From Balanoglossus misakiensis (Eukaryota; Animalia; Hemichordata), in the NCBI GenBank assembly GCA_040954595.2, contig CM082590.2:3720001-3784000 (forward strand): a stretch of 64,000 bases of DNA. Reading direction: 5' to 3'. The translations under genes and the position numbers were made by a program. The notes beneath the pieces are model-generated. The model saw nothing but the letters and a program-made list of their open reading frames with translations. It ran no database searches and was not told the origin of the DNA. Shown here piece after piece: positions 63,251-64,000 of the stretch; the stretch's first letter is position 1; each line of letters starts with the position of its first letter.

Positions 63251-64000
63251 TAAGTTGTATTAGTACAATCGTGTGAATTATTATTGTTGAAAATTGTAAT
63301 CAAGTATGGACTAGAATTCATTTGTCAACAATAACAATGATTACTGCACATATACAAGATGTTTTGGCAGGCAAAATACTGAACACTTTTGTATGATAAT
63401 GGCATTAATAAGAGAAGCTATGGTAGATTTACACAACAGAAATATTGAAATAAATAGCCAAAAATTACAGCTAATGTTCCTTTAAGTACTGCCCTCTGAA
63501 CAAAAACTTTCCAGTTGTGATGACAGGACAATTACTAAGTCACTGTCACGGTTTATTTTTTCATGTCTTTAAAGGCCAGGGATTTGATCCCTGGAATCAA
63601 ATTGTTCAAGACTAAAAAAGGATTATTGCGGTGTCATGTTTTTTTTCCATTAAAATTTTCAATCTGGTGGGTAAATTTCTCGGCGAGACAATATGGCGTC
63701 GACACAGGCCTTTGCAGGTGAATCATATTCTGTAGGTATATTGAACCCTTGAGTGAAAACTTTTCAAAACCAACCAATGCTCTACAACAGGGCTTAAAAG
63801 TGACATTAACTACACTTTTGGCGATGTTTTTAGTATTTTTGGGCTTGAGTATCAATTACCGGTATCCAGTTCTATTCTATTCCCAACATTAAGATGAAAT
63901 GCCAAGTATTCTGCTTGTCAACAGAGAATGTATAATATGTGAAATGACCATTTTTGTTGTTGACAAACGAATTCTAGTCCGGCCTTAGATACAGATTTCA

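Overview
AT-rich, repeat-dense animal genomic DNA with GT-AG introns; a marine invertebrate origin is my inference. The main gene, assembled by hand, is a 13-exon minus-strand gene (44713..22893). It encodes a ~910-aa DAPK-like ROCO protein with no kinase domain: five ankyrin repeats, a short cap, a Roc GTPase, a COR region and a death domain. Each ankyrin repeat is its own 99-nt phase-0 exon, and two of them arose from an internal tandem duplication. The duplicated exons differ mostly at non-synonymous sites, and a palindromic NF-kB-type site lies ~140 bp upstream of the ATG. Together these suggest a diversifying immune sensor. One intron holds a TSD-flanked but decayed Tx1/L1 retrotransposon, which is itself interrupted by a CAC...GTG DNA element. 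Downstream is a second minus-strand gene or pseudogene with a signal-peptide exon and two paralogous ~135-aa Thr/Ala-rich, 4-Cys domain exons. The rest of the window is satellites (63 and 117 bp), an RTE-X-like LINE fragment, TTAA-flanked MITEs, long palindromes and a 1932-bp tandem duplication.
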